Under the pieces are notes generated by a model. It did no database searches, was not told the DNA's origin, and saw nothing but the letters and a program-made list of their open reading frames with translations. A stretch of 64,000 bases of DNA. It comes from Callorhinchus milii. Lineage: Eukaryota. Below, in pieces: positions 24,200-36,194 of this stretch (positions are counted from its first letter, which is position 1; each line of letters opens with the position of its first letter). The stretch is taken from assembly GCF_018977255.1 (NCBI RefSeq), contig NW_024704745.1, forward strand, positions 29,760,001 to 29,824,000, read 5' to 3'. Made by a program: the position numbers and the translations under genes.

Positions 24200-25035
24200 T
24201 TACAAGTTGAACTTATATAGCACCCTTCAGTTATCAAAACACTTCAGGGAGAGAATAGGGACACTATAAGCAGAGATGAAAGGAGGAGGTGTGGAAGGTG
24301 AATTCAGCACATTCTGCAAAGTTGGCAAATTAAGCAAGTCATGAGGATTAAAGACTAAAGGGCAAGAGGCCAGGGGGCTCTGGCCTTAAGTGAAAAATAT
24401 GTTGTCATGAAGTTAGTCACAATGCTCGTGATTGGCATTGTTTAAGATAGATAAGCAGATGTCTGGTATCAGTACCACATCCTGGAATCATGTCTGGAAT
24501 CGGTTCTGGGTTCAGATAACGTTTAGCAGCATCAGCATTTTCGCATTCTTTAAATGTCGTCTTTTCTCTATATGTATCTAATCACGAGGGACAGAGTAAT
24601 TGTCTCCTAAAAACAGACACCCTGTCACGAGGCAGACTATGTCGAAATGTAACCAATTTAGAGGGTCCCCTCGTGATTATTGATTGGTGCATAGCTCGAT
24701 AAGATTTTGTATAAAGGTGAGGTGCTTGCTCCCATTTGGAGGAATTTAAGGATATTGATCACAGCCATAGTCCAAAAGATATTTTCTTTGATTGTGTTTG
24801 AATAAGAAAGGGAACATGTAAACAAAAGGGGTTTCTGGGAAAGACTTCCTGAATGTGGAAATTCATGGATTGTGACGATTTGTCCACTGATGGTGAGGTG
24901 GAGGGATAGCAGTAGATTGGTCAGGAGAACAGAAAACATGGGCAGGAGAATAGGACTCGAGGAGATTCTAGAGATAACAAGGGCAAGATTATGGCAGAGG
25001 GATTTGAAGGTGAAGATGAGGATTTTGAAATCCTA
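24200..25035 (-). mobile_element. Very old L2 3' remnant, interrupted
   Basis: Tail-like ACAAGTTGAACTTATATAGCACC at about 24202, and CCACTGATGGTGAGG...GATTTGAAGGTGAAGATGAGGATTTTGAA at 24884-25030. Confidence 0.5.
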
Positions 25036-25739
25036 TTTTTTTTAGATGATCAAGATTGACATTCTCCATAATCAAGAGTGGGAGATCATTGCACTGAACT
25101 ATTGTGCTGCAACAGCCATCCAAGGATCTTGCCACTAGCATCCTGAAGTGGAAAATCGTGGACATGATTGTAAATAATCTGATTTTCACAAGGATAAATA
25201 ATACTAAATATTTCACCATATTAACAATGTGGGGTGGAACTTCAGTAGAAAATCAGAAGGGTCTGATGTGAAATGGTATACGGTCCTCATTTGCTTTGGA
25301 GTTTCTAAGTCCTGATTTTAGACCTTGAAGTGACAAAATAAAAGTTGATATATTTATTTTAATGAATAATCCTTGAATTTGATGTTTTCCCTTTCATTTC
25401 AGGAGTACATCACAAAGTACTTCACAGAATTTGTTAAAAAATGTAGTGACTGTTTATTTTGGGGCAAACACAACTGCCAATTTGCATATAGCAATGTCCC
25501 ACAAACAGTCATGAAGTGAATAACCAATTTTATCCTGGATTCTTGGCCTGGACAATGGAAGAAATTCCCATCTATTTTCAAATAGTGTCATGGGATCTTT
25601 AAAGTCCACCTGGTTAAGCAGACAGGACCTTGATTTAATACTTCATTTGAAGGATAGCATTAATGGCAGTAATGGGCAGACCTTACCCACTATTTTAATT
25701 TTTTTATCCAGCCAAGTGTCTGACACATGCAGAAAACAT

Positions 25740-26100
25740 TTACCATTTTTAAGAGTATCCAAACCAAACAGAGTTCCATGCATCCCACCTAAACATGGAA
25801 ATTTCTGATTTATTTATTGGAATGCAATGCGCACTCTTTCTGGAGGATGCATCCTGCTTCAGTAATTCTGGAGAGCATTAGGCACAGTTAACAAGAGTTA
25901 AGATTTGGGGATCCCAGAGTGTGTGGTGGGGTACTGCTGAAGTCCAACCAGGTTAAACCAATTATTGAAAGCATTGTTTTGTAAGCTTTCTGGCAGCTTA
26001 TCCAGCTAGGACCAACCTGACCTTTAGGGCTTTGGCTTGCAGGGTTAACAGGAGCCGAGGGGAAGAATCCATGCCCACAGTGGCTGGTCTGCATTTCCAA
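25740..26100 (-). repeat. Unclassified repeat family X, copy 4 (longest)
   Basis: Its reverse complement covers both 19195-19445 and 1-235. Confidence 0.75.
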
Positions 26101-27421
26101 ATCTTACCAGTGAGCTAGCCCATTTGGAAGATGTTATTAGTGCCCTGGAATTAATGTGGACCTGCCTGGCACAAAAACTGTACTACTGAGATCGGCACAA
26201 AAGTTGCTGATATTTAATTGTCAACATGTCACCATGAATCCAATTCAGCTCAAAGAAGATCCTACTTACTTCCCCCAAGGAATATAGTCACTAGTTGGTC
26301 ATTTGCCATCCAACAAGCACGGATTTGTGTACAATACAGCACTGTATCAAAGTGTCAGCCCGACTATGAGTTCAAATTCATTACTTGCAGCTTGAACCCA
26401 CAACCTTCTAATTAGGAGATGAGAATCTGACCAAATGAACCAATCTGGCATGTTTTGGTTGATATCAAGGCAATATACTAACCATAGAGTGGTCTCTTTT
26501 CTCTGTTAGTATAATGGTTAAAAAGAATTGCTCTTAAAGATGTTAATTGAAAAAAATATGTGCACAACTTCAAGAGCATTTTAAATTCATTGCTGGATCA
26601 GAGTACATACTAAATCAAAATAACCTTTAATGATCTTAAAGTCACGTACAACCATTTTCCCCTTTTAATGAATTCAGTTGGATCAAAATATATACTACTA
26701 ATCAAAGTGATTTTAATAACTTCACTGAACAGGTAGCTGGCTGAGTGTGGCGTCTCAGAGCATTCAGCTAAATGTTCCGAGTTGTCATGCCTCGTTGCTC
26801 AAAGGCTCTAAAGAAGCAGGTAATTGACGGCAAACTGCAATTTTGATCAAGAGTTCAGCTGCAGGAAGGTTGATTTGAAAAATGTTTCTTAAATCTTTGA
26901 AGTATCAAAAAACACAAAAATTTTTACACCCATGCTCTTTTTGGCCTTGACCTTAGTCATCTGTCAAGAAACATTTTAACCTCTGTTTCAATACAATGTA
27001 TTTTTGTTTAATTTTTGATTTTGTAGATCCTACTGACTAAGCACTCTATGACATTATCCTCGTGAAGGGCACTATGTAAATGCAACTTGTTATTGTTTTT
27101 TGATATTGTTGTTATTCACTACAGTTAATGTGTTATATTTTTCATTCTCTGTTCTCTCTGTTGCAAAACACTGCATACAACTGAAAGCATTAAGATGTGG
27201 TGGAAAGATTCCTAGATTTGGAATAAGTATAATTTTAGGTTGACTTCATATCAAATTTAAAGTGTGCTTATCTGATCTTCTTTTGGTTATACTGTTTTTA
27301 ATACATTTGTATCATGTATTAAAATAGATATTGGAGTCCTTTAACATTTAAAATAATATTTAATCCTTCTAAAGTACCTTGTGATTATTGTTCACCTACC
27401 TGAAGATCTTGTTTTCCATTA

Positions 27422-27727
27422 TCTTCTATCTGTACTAATAAAGACGAAATGTCTTTGTGTGTCTGTCTGTCCACCAAGAACACAATAACCGATTGACGTA
27501 GAGACATGATTTATACCTCATCGGAAAAGTCTTGTCAAGGGAGCGTTACGGGCATATTTTAGGGGGGGATGTCCTATCATTGATGAGCTATGACCTAAAC
27601 AAGCTCATCACACATGCATGGCAGGTTTGCCTAAGGTATACACGCAGTGTTTACGACATGTTATCACTGAAATCCATATTCCATATTGGATCCTTTGGTT
27701 GCAAGAGTAGCAAATGAATACAGCTGG
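27422..27727 (+). mobile_element. Probable non-autonomous Helitron-like element
   Basis: Starts A|TCTTCTATCTGTACTAATAAAG followed by GTGTGTCTGTCTGTCC and ends ACAGCTGG|T (CTRR, inserted between A and T); CpG-richer than the flanks; 9-bp hairpin at 27581-27610. Confidence 0.5.
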
Positions 27728-28364
27728 TATAGTATGTTCTGTGAAGCTCTTTGAGATGTCTCAAAAATGTGATAAGGCACGATATCAAATACAAGGATTA
27801 TTATTATATAAATCCAATTTGCTATTGTTGCCACTGCGAAGAGGTCAGGGAAACTTGTTCACGTTGAGGCAGATTCCATGTCGGCTTTTGAGAGAGAATT
27901 AGATAAATATATGAAAAAGAGAAACATAAAAATTTATGGGGAATAGGCAAAATAGAACTAAAATATATTATTCTTTCAGAGAGCAAACACATGCATGTAA
28001 GGCATTAATGACCTCCTGTGTCGTAGATTTCTATGATTCTATCGTTCTATAGCAATCACTTTCGATCAGTTAATCAAATGGTTTTGCTGCGAATGGTTCT
28101 TCCGTTTGCAGAAAATCTTTAATTAAACAGAATTCTTCTTCCACTATTTATAGCCAGGGGAGAAGTGATCTTTCCTTTGGTAGTTAGTCCTGCCACTTAG
28201 TTACTAAAAAAGATTGCAGAAGGTGATGTAATAATTGTCAGCAGTGACAGCCAAAAATGCAGTTGTTGTGTGTCCTGTACTAAATGAACAGTCCCTTCCT
28301 CTGTCTTTTGGAGAACGTTTTATTGCCTTAACATGTTCAGAATTGAATTGGAGCCATCTTTATC

Positions 28365-28673
28365 AATAATAAATCCTTGCATTTGATATAGCGCCTTATT
28401 ACGTCTTCAAGACATCTCAAAGGACTTACTGTAAAGTGAATTAACTGTATATTTGTGACCAAAACATGGCAGCCAATTGTGCATAGCAGTCTCCCACAAA
28501 CAGTCATAGATTGAAGTGACCAATTTATTATTATTGTTTTTTTTCTTTCTCGAGGGATTATTATCAGCCATGTGGAGTAAGGAAACTTGCCCAAGTTTTC
28601 GCCCTGCTGGGAATCAAACCCAAGCCTCTGGTTTGTGAGGCGAGTACTCTAACCACTGAGCTACAGGACTTCA
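28365..28673 (-). mobile_element. Full-length SINE (short variant)
   Basis: Tail, body and tRNA-like head (TCTAACCACTGAGCTACAGGAC) are all present. Confidence 0.92.
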
Positions 28674-28761
28674 CCCTCCCCACACAAAAAGCCATCTTTC
28701 ATGTGACGATATGAAGTGGTGAAACCAATGTGTTGTCTTTGGATTAAAGACTTGGACTGTT

Positions 28762-29045
28762 GAATTGAATTGACTGTATATTTTGTGGGCAAAACCTGGC
28801 AGCCGATTGCACACAGCAGTGTCCCACAAACAGTCGGGGATAAAGTGTTATTATTTTTTAAGGGATTATTATCGCCAGAAAAGTGATTGGACATTCTCCT
28901 AACAACCGGGTTCCTACTAACCGCTAGGTAAACAAAGCAGTGTGGAATAAGGAAACTTGCCTAACGTTTCACCTTGCCCAGGAAGCAAACCCAGGTCTTC
29001 TTGCTTGAGAGGCAAGTGCCTTAACCAATCCACTACAGGACTCCA
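28762..29045 (-). mobile_element. SINE long variant, tail missing
   Basis: Contains the extra segment CCAGAAAAGTGAT...CCGGGTTCCTACTAACCGCTAGGTAAACA shared with 35880-36194, 46185-46482 and 63258-63581. Confidence 0.85.
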
Positions 29046-29389
29046 TGTATATAATTATTAATACAGTAAGGGAATTTGGTTAATATAGTTAATATAGTGA
29101 GGGAATTAGTTCTAGCTCTTGAACTAATTTTAATTTCAAATTTTATGTTTTAATTCTTTTTTGATCTATGCTCTGCTGATGATTTTGCTTCATGAGTGAA
29201 ATATGTGCTCCCTGTGGTTCAATTCAACATTTTCACATTTGCGCTTGTGTTTTACATTTTTTTGCCACTGAATGCCATTATTGTGGATTACCCCTTTAGG
29301 TTTTTTTTGTTTAGTGGAAAATGGTAGGGTGTGTATTCTGGGAAGATAAGATCAAATGGGCCAAATGGCCTTCTTTATCTGAACTCCTG

Positions 29390-29569
29390 AACAATAATAA
29401 ATTGGTCATTTTCAATCTACGACTGTTTGTGGGACATTGCTGTGCGCAATTGGCTGCCGCGTTCGCCCACAAATATACAGTCAATTCACTTTACAGTGTG
29501 TTCTGTGAAGCGCTTTGGGACGTCCTCCCGACGTGAAAAGCGCTATATCAAATGCAAGGATTATTATTA
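29390..29569 (+). mobile_element. 5'-truncated SINE
   Basis: Near-identical to the reverse complement of 18675-18855. Confidence 0.93.
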
Positions 29570-32132
29570 ACTCTTGTGTTCCATTGTTTTTCCAAATTTG
29601 ATCTGCCTTGAAAAAGTAAAAGTAAATACTTTTAGAGATTGGCCCAGAGGCTCAGGCCTTGTTTGATTGATTGCTAAAATTACTTTTTTTGGCCTGGAAA
29701 TAGATCATTTACCATCTAAGCCCCGGTAGGCAGATCAAATTTGGGAAAGCAATATTAAATAAAAAAAACAAGAGCCTGGTAGGATCTAACATTTGGAGAA
29801 TAAAATCCCTCTTGTCTCAAGGTCACACAATGGTGACACTAGGACTCTTGAAGGAACAAACCACTTACTTGCAGTCGGCTGTCAATAAAGTACAGCATAT
29901 ATTGCCTTTAAATTGATATATGGTAGTCAACACTTTGACAAAAAGCAAAGAACAGAAAGGGCTTGAGGTTTTTGATGCACTGAATATACTGAAAACTCAG
30001 TGTACAAATACTGAAGCTGACCAACATCATTCTCAATTGAAGCTAGATTGTATTGCAACTTTGTGCACAATTGAAAAACAGGATTCTTTTGTCCCTGAGC
30101 CCTGTCAGCCTTCAGCCTACTTATCCGAATGGATGTTACAAAGTATGAACAATCTTTTATGTACAATACATATTTAAGCATTGTCCTACTTTTAAAATTC
30201 AAGAGATTATTCCTGAATGGTGTGGAAAATTTATATGATTTTTGTTCAGCTGGGCTGAACTGTTTTCCCAGTTGAAAGAATATTAACTGGAATTAGTTTG
30301 CTACCCATGTCATTCAAGGCACAAGAACCAAATAGATTTTCCTGTGTTGCCTGGGAATTCTGCTGTCAAAATATTAACAAGCTTTGACTGATATATACTG
30401 CATGGCTAACTATTAAATGTATTTCTTTATCAATTGCAGTTCTCTGATAGCAATGCAATTTCTAACATGTCACATAATATAAAGGAAGGTTATGACAATG
30501 AAATAGTCCCATCACTGATGTGAATTTTTATGATGTGTAACATACTAATTTCAAAATGTTTTATTCTTTGGCGTAATCATTTTGGTTTTAACAGAATACA
30601 CAACAAAAACTGGGTGAAATAGCATGAGGTTATTGGACTTTGACTTCTAAGACCCAAGTTTAAAATATGTACCCAGTTGGAATTAATATGCCTTTTCAAT
30701 GAAGGATGTTGTGAGTGTCTAGTGAAATGATGTGATATGGTTGCATTTCATTTCCACTGAATATTGAATGTAATTAGTTTGGTCTTAAGGTTTACTACCT
30801 GCAAGCCTAGTCTAGATAGTATCCTGTGTGAAGAGTTTTATATAAATGCAAGTTGTTCTTGTTGTATGATGTCTAATTTGGCCATCATGGGACAGCTTGA
30901 AAATGAATGTATTGTCACACTTGTGGATTTTAGCAAGATCTTTTAAGTTTGGGTCTGAAGTGCATCGTAAAGGATGTATAAGCACAAGTGGTTCTTCACT
31001 TCATGTGACCCACACCATAGCTAACCCAAGACTATTTAATTTGAATGCATAACCATTCGGCGCTTTGGCAAGTGCTAATGTACACAAATATCTTGATAGT
31101 TTCTCGTGACCAAAACATGGAAGTGACCAAAAGCACGGTCAACAAGATACATAGAATGATATGACTGGAAAACGGACCCTTCGGCCCAACCAGTCGGTTC
31201 CAGTGTTTATCGTTTGCATGAGCCTCTCTCATGCATGCATCAAGATTCTTCTTAGTATGTTGGTGTATTTTGTTCAGTTTCTGTAAAGCAAGTTTTGAAG
31301 ATGGAGAGGGATGAAGCAACTCAGGATGGTGTTCCAGAGACAGTTCTACAATTGGACTCAGTATCCTTATAATAATAGTTACATTTGATGTAGCACTGAC
31401 ACCGACTTCATACCTTTGGGCTAAGGATGAGAACAATTAACAACAGTTCTATGTTTGCTATTCTTATGATCACTGGTGGAAAATATACATAAGATTGGAT
31501 TCAGCTGTGATCCTCCTTTTCCCTCTTTCTTCTCCTCCCCCACCCCTCCTTTGAAAAGGCTATTGACACTCAGGATGATCGATAAAGAATACCACTTGGG
31601 TGGGGTAACCATGAAATGGAATTTCAGCATGAGTGAATTAAAAGTATATATATATTACATTTTAATACATGTAAAATATTTGGAAATTTCTCACTGTTGT
31701 GGGGTTGAACCCAATCCACTATGCATTTGTTATGTTTTGTGGGAAATACTGTTGGCTGAAAGATTGATGCTGTATGTATATTTCACTGCAAATGTAGTAA
31801 AAAACAGAGGTTCAGATTTCACTCACGCTGCCTGGAACAGGCAATTTTCACAGCAATGCAATTTGTACCTGTGTAGTACAAATGTAACCCTTGCAAATTG
31901 CTCTCAGCTCACTTTATTCAATGCACTCACACCATTCATTGGAAAATGCAGGAATTTTTAATTGACTATTTTTTAAATCTAATAAAGATCTGATTGCATA
32001 AATATTTCTTTCATCTGATTAAAAATAAAAACGTCCTTTGATGTTTAAAGCCTTCAGCCTTAATTTTGATTCATTTGGAGTGGGCTGTACAAATTGGGCT
32101 TCCCCTCCACAGCATAGTGCTTGGAATAAACT

Positions 32133-32461
32133 ATAATAATAATAATAAAAATAGTAATAATCCTTGCATTTGATATCGCGCTTTTCACGTCTTCTCAACA
32201 TTTCAAAGCGCTTCACAGAATAGACTGTAAAGTGAATTGACCGTATATTTGTGGGCGAAACGCGGCAGCCAATTGCACACAGCAGTGTCCCACAAACAGT
32301 CGTGGATTGAAAATTACCAATTTATTATTGTTTTGGTTTTGGAGGGATTATTATTAGGCATGTGGGGTAAGGAAATTTGCCCAAGGTTTCACCCTGCCTG
32401 GAATTGAACTCAGGTGTCTTGCTTGCAAGAGCTACAGGACTCCTCTGAGCTACAGGACTCC
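32133..32461 (-). mobile_element. SINE (short variant) with a rearranged head
   Basis: Body and tail intact; the head lacks TCTAACCAC and shows a duplicated GAGCTACAGGACTCCTC. Confidence 0.9.
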
Positions 32462-32689
32462 TCAACTATCATCCCACTCCAGCAATATAACTGCAGCATG
32501 AGGCATGGAGGAATATGTAAACTAAGTTCCATATTCCATATTCCATATTTACATATTCCAAGTGGAATATGTAAACTAGGAGCAAATATGGAAGAATGTA
32601 CTGCATGCAGAATGCCATAGGAAGTTCTTCAGCTGTTCACTTTGCTATCTGCATCATTGGCGCCTTACAAAATGTCTGTTGTTACAACA

Positions 32690-33770
32690 TTATATAGCCA
32701 TAATTACAAATTGACACAAACATATATGACCTTTGGGGCCACCTTTGCTCTCTCGCTGACGTTTCAGTCTCTGATATGCTCGATATCTCTGAATCATTCT
32801 TATGAAATGCAACGCTTGTGATGGTGGTATTCTTTTTATGGCCATCTCCTTTTTTAAATCTTTTATCATTTCCTTTTCTATATCTTTTTTCATTAAGTCA
32901 ATCTCCTTTTTAAAATCTTCAATCTTTTCCTCAATGGTTTTCTTTGTTTCTATTGGTGTGGTTTCTTTGTTTTTGGCTTGTGACCAAATCTTCCTTTTTG
33001 CGCTGTTTCTTCTGCTGTTTCCTTCTCTCCACCAGCCCTTTTCCTCTCCTCATCATGTTTCTTCCAGTTACTAATCTTGTTTTCTGCATCCGTGCTCATA
33101 CTACCAGGGTTTGAGGATAGCCCGTTAGTCTTCAGTCTCCTTTCTCAAGGATTTGGAGTCTTTTTCTTGGCCACTGATTTCTTCCCAGAATCATCCAAAT
33201 CTGATTCTTTCTTGCAGGGATCTTCATTATCTTCTTTTTCTTCTCTATTTCCTCGTTGTCTTAATATCATCGCATCAATAAGGTGTTCATCGCTACTCAT
33301 GGATTCCACTTGTGAGCTGCTTGATTCCTGCTCATAACTGTCCAATATTCCACATCTCCAGCCATTGTCAGTCAAGTATTTCACTCGTTGCCTTTGTCGC
33401 ACTTGATCTATCTTGGTTCTCTGTTGCTTGCTCGTCTTTTTGTAATCTTTCCGTCCTGTCAGCCTTTTCTCCTGTGTTCCTCTTGCATAATACCTTACAG
33501 GTTCTTGTTTTCTACTCATGTATTGTCTTACATAATACCCATACTGGTTGCACACGTAATATTTCTTTCCTTTCATTGGACATCTCCATAAAGGATGCAG
33601 TAACCCACATTTCTCACAGGTATCCTTTATATTTGGTTGCCATTAGGCCTGTATGTATCTCTTCTGTATTTCATATTCCTCATCTAAGTCCTTCCAGTTT
33701 TTTCTTCATTCTAATTTGTTAATTTCCGTATCCATTTCTGCATTTCTATCAACGTCTTCCATTTGTTTTT
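32690..33770 (-). pseudogene. Decayed gag-like ORF, probably Ty3/Gypsy, with a double zinc knuckle and a K/E-rich tail
   Basis: Minus-strand reading ...IKDTCEKCGLLHPLWRCPMKGKKYYVCNQYGYYVRQYMSR... equals Cx2Cx3Hx4C-P-x2-GK plus a degenerate Cx2Cx4Hx4C; in-frame stops and a frameshift; strong strand purine bias. Confidence 0.65.
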
Positions 33771-35224
33771 GACATTTCTTCCACGCTTATTATGTGTCAT
33801 CTTGTTTGCTAACTGGCAGGTGTGTTCTCTTTCTAAGGCTTTAATGTCCACATCCAGCTTGTTAGCTCAAAATAGATGTCTGCTGAAATCTAGCATGAAA
33901 CTTCTAAAAACTTTGAAGATGTTTTTCTTGAATCTAAATGGCTCTTTGTTGCTGTTTGACAGAGGCAATAGGAACAGGAAGCTTGACGGTGAGCCCATCA
34001 ACAGCTCAAAAGATCTTGACTCACATGAACCGGATAATATCTAGTGTTACAGAGCAGCACCTACTATCGAGGCAACCATGCAGTTTAATTGCATTACAGC
34101 TCTGGTTAAAGTAGGCTTCTCAGTTCTGTTTCACAGGATACCCTTTGAAGCAGCACTGAAACTCTGCAGGAGGCAACAATAGCAAAGGATGGTGGTCACA
34201 AGCAAGATCATTCACGAATCATTGACTGTTTTGTACAGTAGTTTTCGGAGATGTGATAATTATCACCAGTACTCCCTTTGCATATTAATTTGTTGATGTA
34301 GTATTCAATAAAATATGATCTGAAATCCAAGGTCAAAATGTAAAAAAGTAAATTAACTGAATTAAAATCAGATGTAAGAAAGTTCAAAATCATCTACAAA
34401 CGCTTAATTCTTGGCTGCTGATGGATCAGATGACTTAAATGCTTAGCCCAACTAAGAAGCCAGAAGCTAGCTGTTTCCCTAACTCATCAATTTTAACTAA
34501 CCCTATTAGCTGGCACAGTTTCATTTGAGTGAATTGTAAGAAATATCCTAAGACAGGATCAAAGTCAATTCTAGTTACTATGGACCAGTAACCCTGCTGT
34601 AAATCTTGCTAAATCTTCTCAAAGCAACTCCTGGTCCCTTGGTCATAAATTTCACTTCAGAACAAATTGGTAAATTTGGACCATTCTTCATTTCTTAGCC
34701 CAGAAATAGTATGATTCTTTCCTTATTTCTTGCAAGGATTTCAGATCAGTAAAAAGGTAAGAAAACACGGATCATGAAGGTTATTTGTACATCAAGCCCA
34801 TTCTTTCAAATCTATTCCCTATTTCCCCAAAGGTTAACAAGTAAAATTCTTCATTAATTAAGTATGTGTTTCTGCACTCCACATCAAACAACTCCTTACA
34901 TGGCCGAAGCAGCACAGCCATCACTTTCTATATCTAACCATATGACCTCCATCCTGTTCCTAAACAGTTACTATTTTTTAGAATTTATCAATACAACATT
35001 AACTGACTTTACAAAAAAACCGTTTTCACTGTTGGAAAAAATAATCTTCAGTCCAACTTAAAGTTGTTGATTCTGAGTGTCTATCCTTTAGTTCTGCTGA
35101 TAACTACTGAGCCATCTAAGCTGTGTATAAAATTCTTGCCCTAGGCAGATCTCTTTTTATTTACCCAAGCATTTTACAATCCAGTGCTATTAATTCCACA
35201 AGCCTTAACCACGAGCCTTTAGAA

Positions 35225-35353
35225 AATAATATCTTGGGATACAGTGTATAGTTTGGGACACGACATGTCAAATTACTGCCAGGATGGTGGAAGGCAAATT
35301 AGATGGACCTTGGTCTTCTTTCGCCTAGCAAATTCTTATGTTCTTATGTTCTT
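35225..35353 (+). mobile_element. CR1 3' end
   Basis: TAGATGGACCTTGGTCTTCTTTCGCC.AGCAAATTCTTATGTTCTTATG, nearly identical to 46940-47062. Confidence 0.85.
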
Positions 35354-35879
35354 AAACTTCTTTAACGGTCTCACATATGGAATTTATTCTAGAGATACTG
35401 TATCTGAAAATCTATGTAAGTTAAGGGAAGAAATTTATAGGATATAATGAGACAGAATTTCCACTTGGTTCTGTTCTGCATTTGATGACTGAATTGGGGC
35501 TAAACACCCACCCGTCTCCCTCTGGATGATCCTTCAACATCTGCTCTTTAGCAGAATTCACTAAGTGTTGGATTGTTCACCCACTAGCAAGGATAATGAT
35601 TTGGGTTTAGACAGGTTAGTCTTACCATACTGATGATGTGTTGATGCAATAGGAATTTGTCTGGAGAATTATTTCTCCCACAGCTCAATTTAGAAATGAA
35701 TGCCTATGTCAATTTGATGCCAACCTCCATTCTGACTTCTGTGTGCCAGATTGAGACTAAAGGAAAGCTACTGTCACCTGACTGATTAGTGTTTCAACAA
35801 GGTCTATGAATCCTCTGGATATGTACAATAATCAATAATTACAAATCGGTTTGAAAGTCTTGCACATCAGGCAACAATA

Positions 35880-36194
35880 GCGCTTCACAGAATATACTGT
35901 AAAGTGAACTGACTGTATACTTTGTGGGCAAAACACAGCAGTAAATTGCGCAGAGCAGTGTTCCACAAATAGTCATGGATTGAGTAACCAAATTATTATT
36001 ATTATTTTAAGGGATTATTATCCCAGGAAAAGCGATCTGTCAATCGACTAATAACTGGGTTCCTACTTACTGCTAGGTAAACAGAGGCATATGGAGTAAA
36101 GAAACTTGCCCAATATTTTGCACTGCCAGGAATCAAACCCAGGTCCTCTCACTTGCGATGTGAGTGCTCTAACCACTAAGCTATAAGACTCCAC
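35880..36194 (-). mobile_element. SINE long variant
   Basis: Body, extra internal segment and tRNA-like head; the distal tail is lost. Confidence 0.9.

Noticed and set aside
29920-30177. 85-aa ORF with a GLEVFDAL stretch
   Set aside because: Too little similarity to any family I can name and no splice support.
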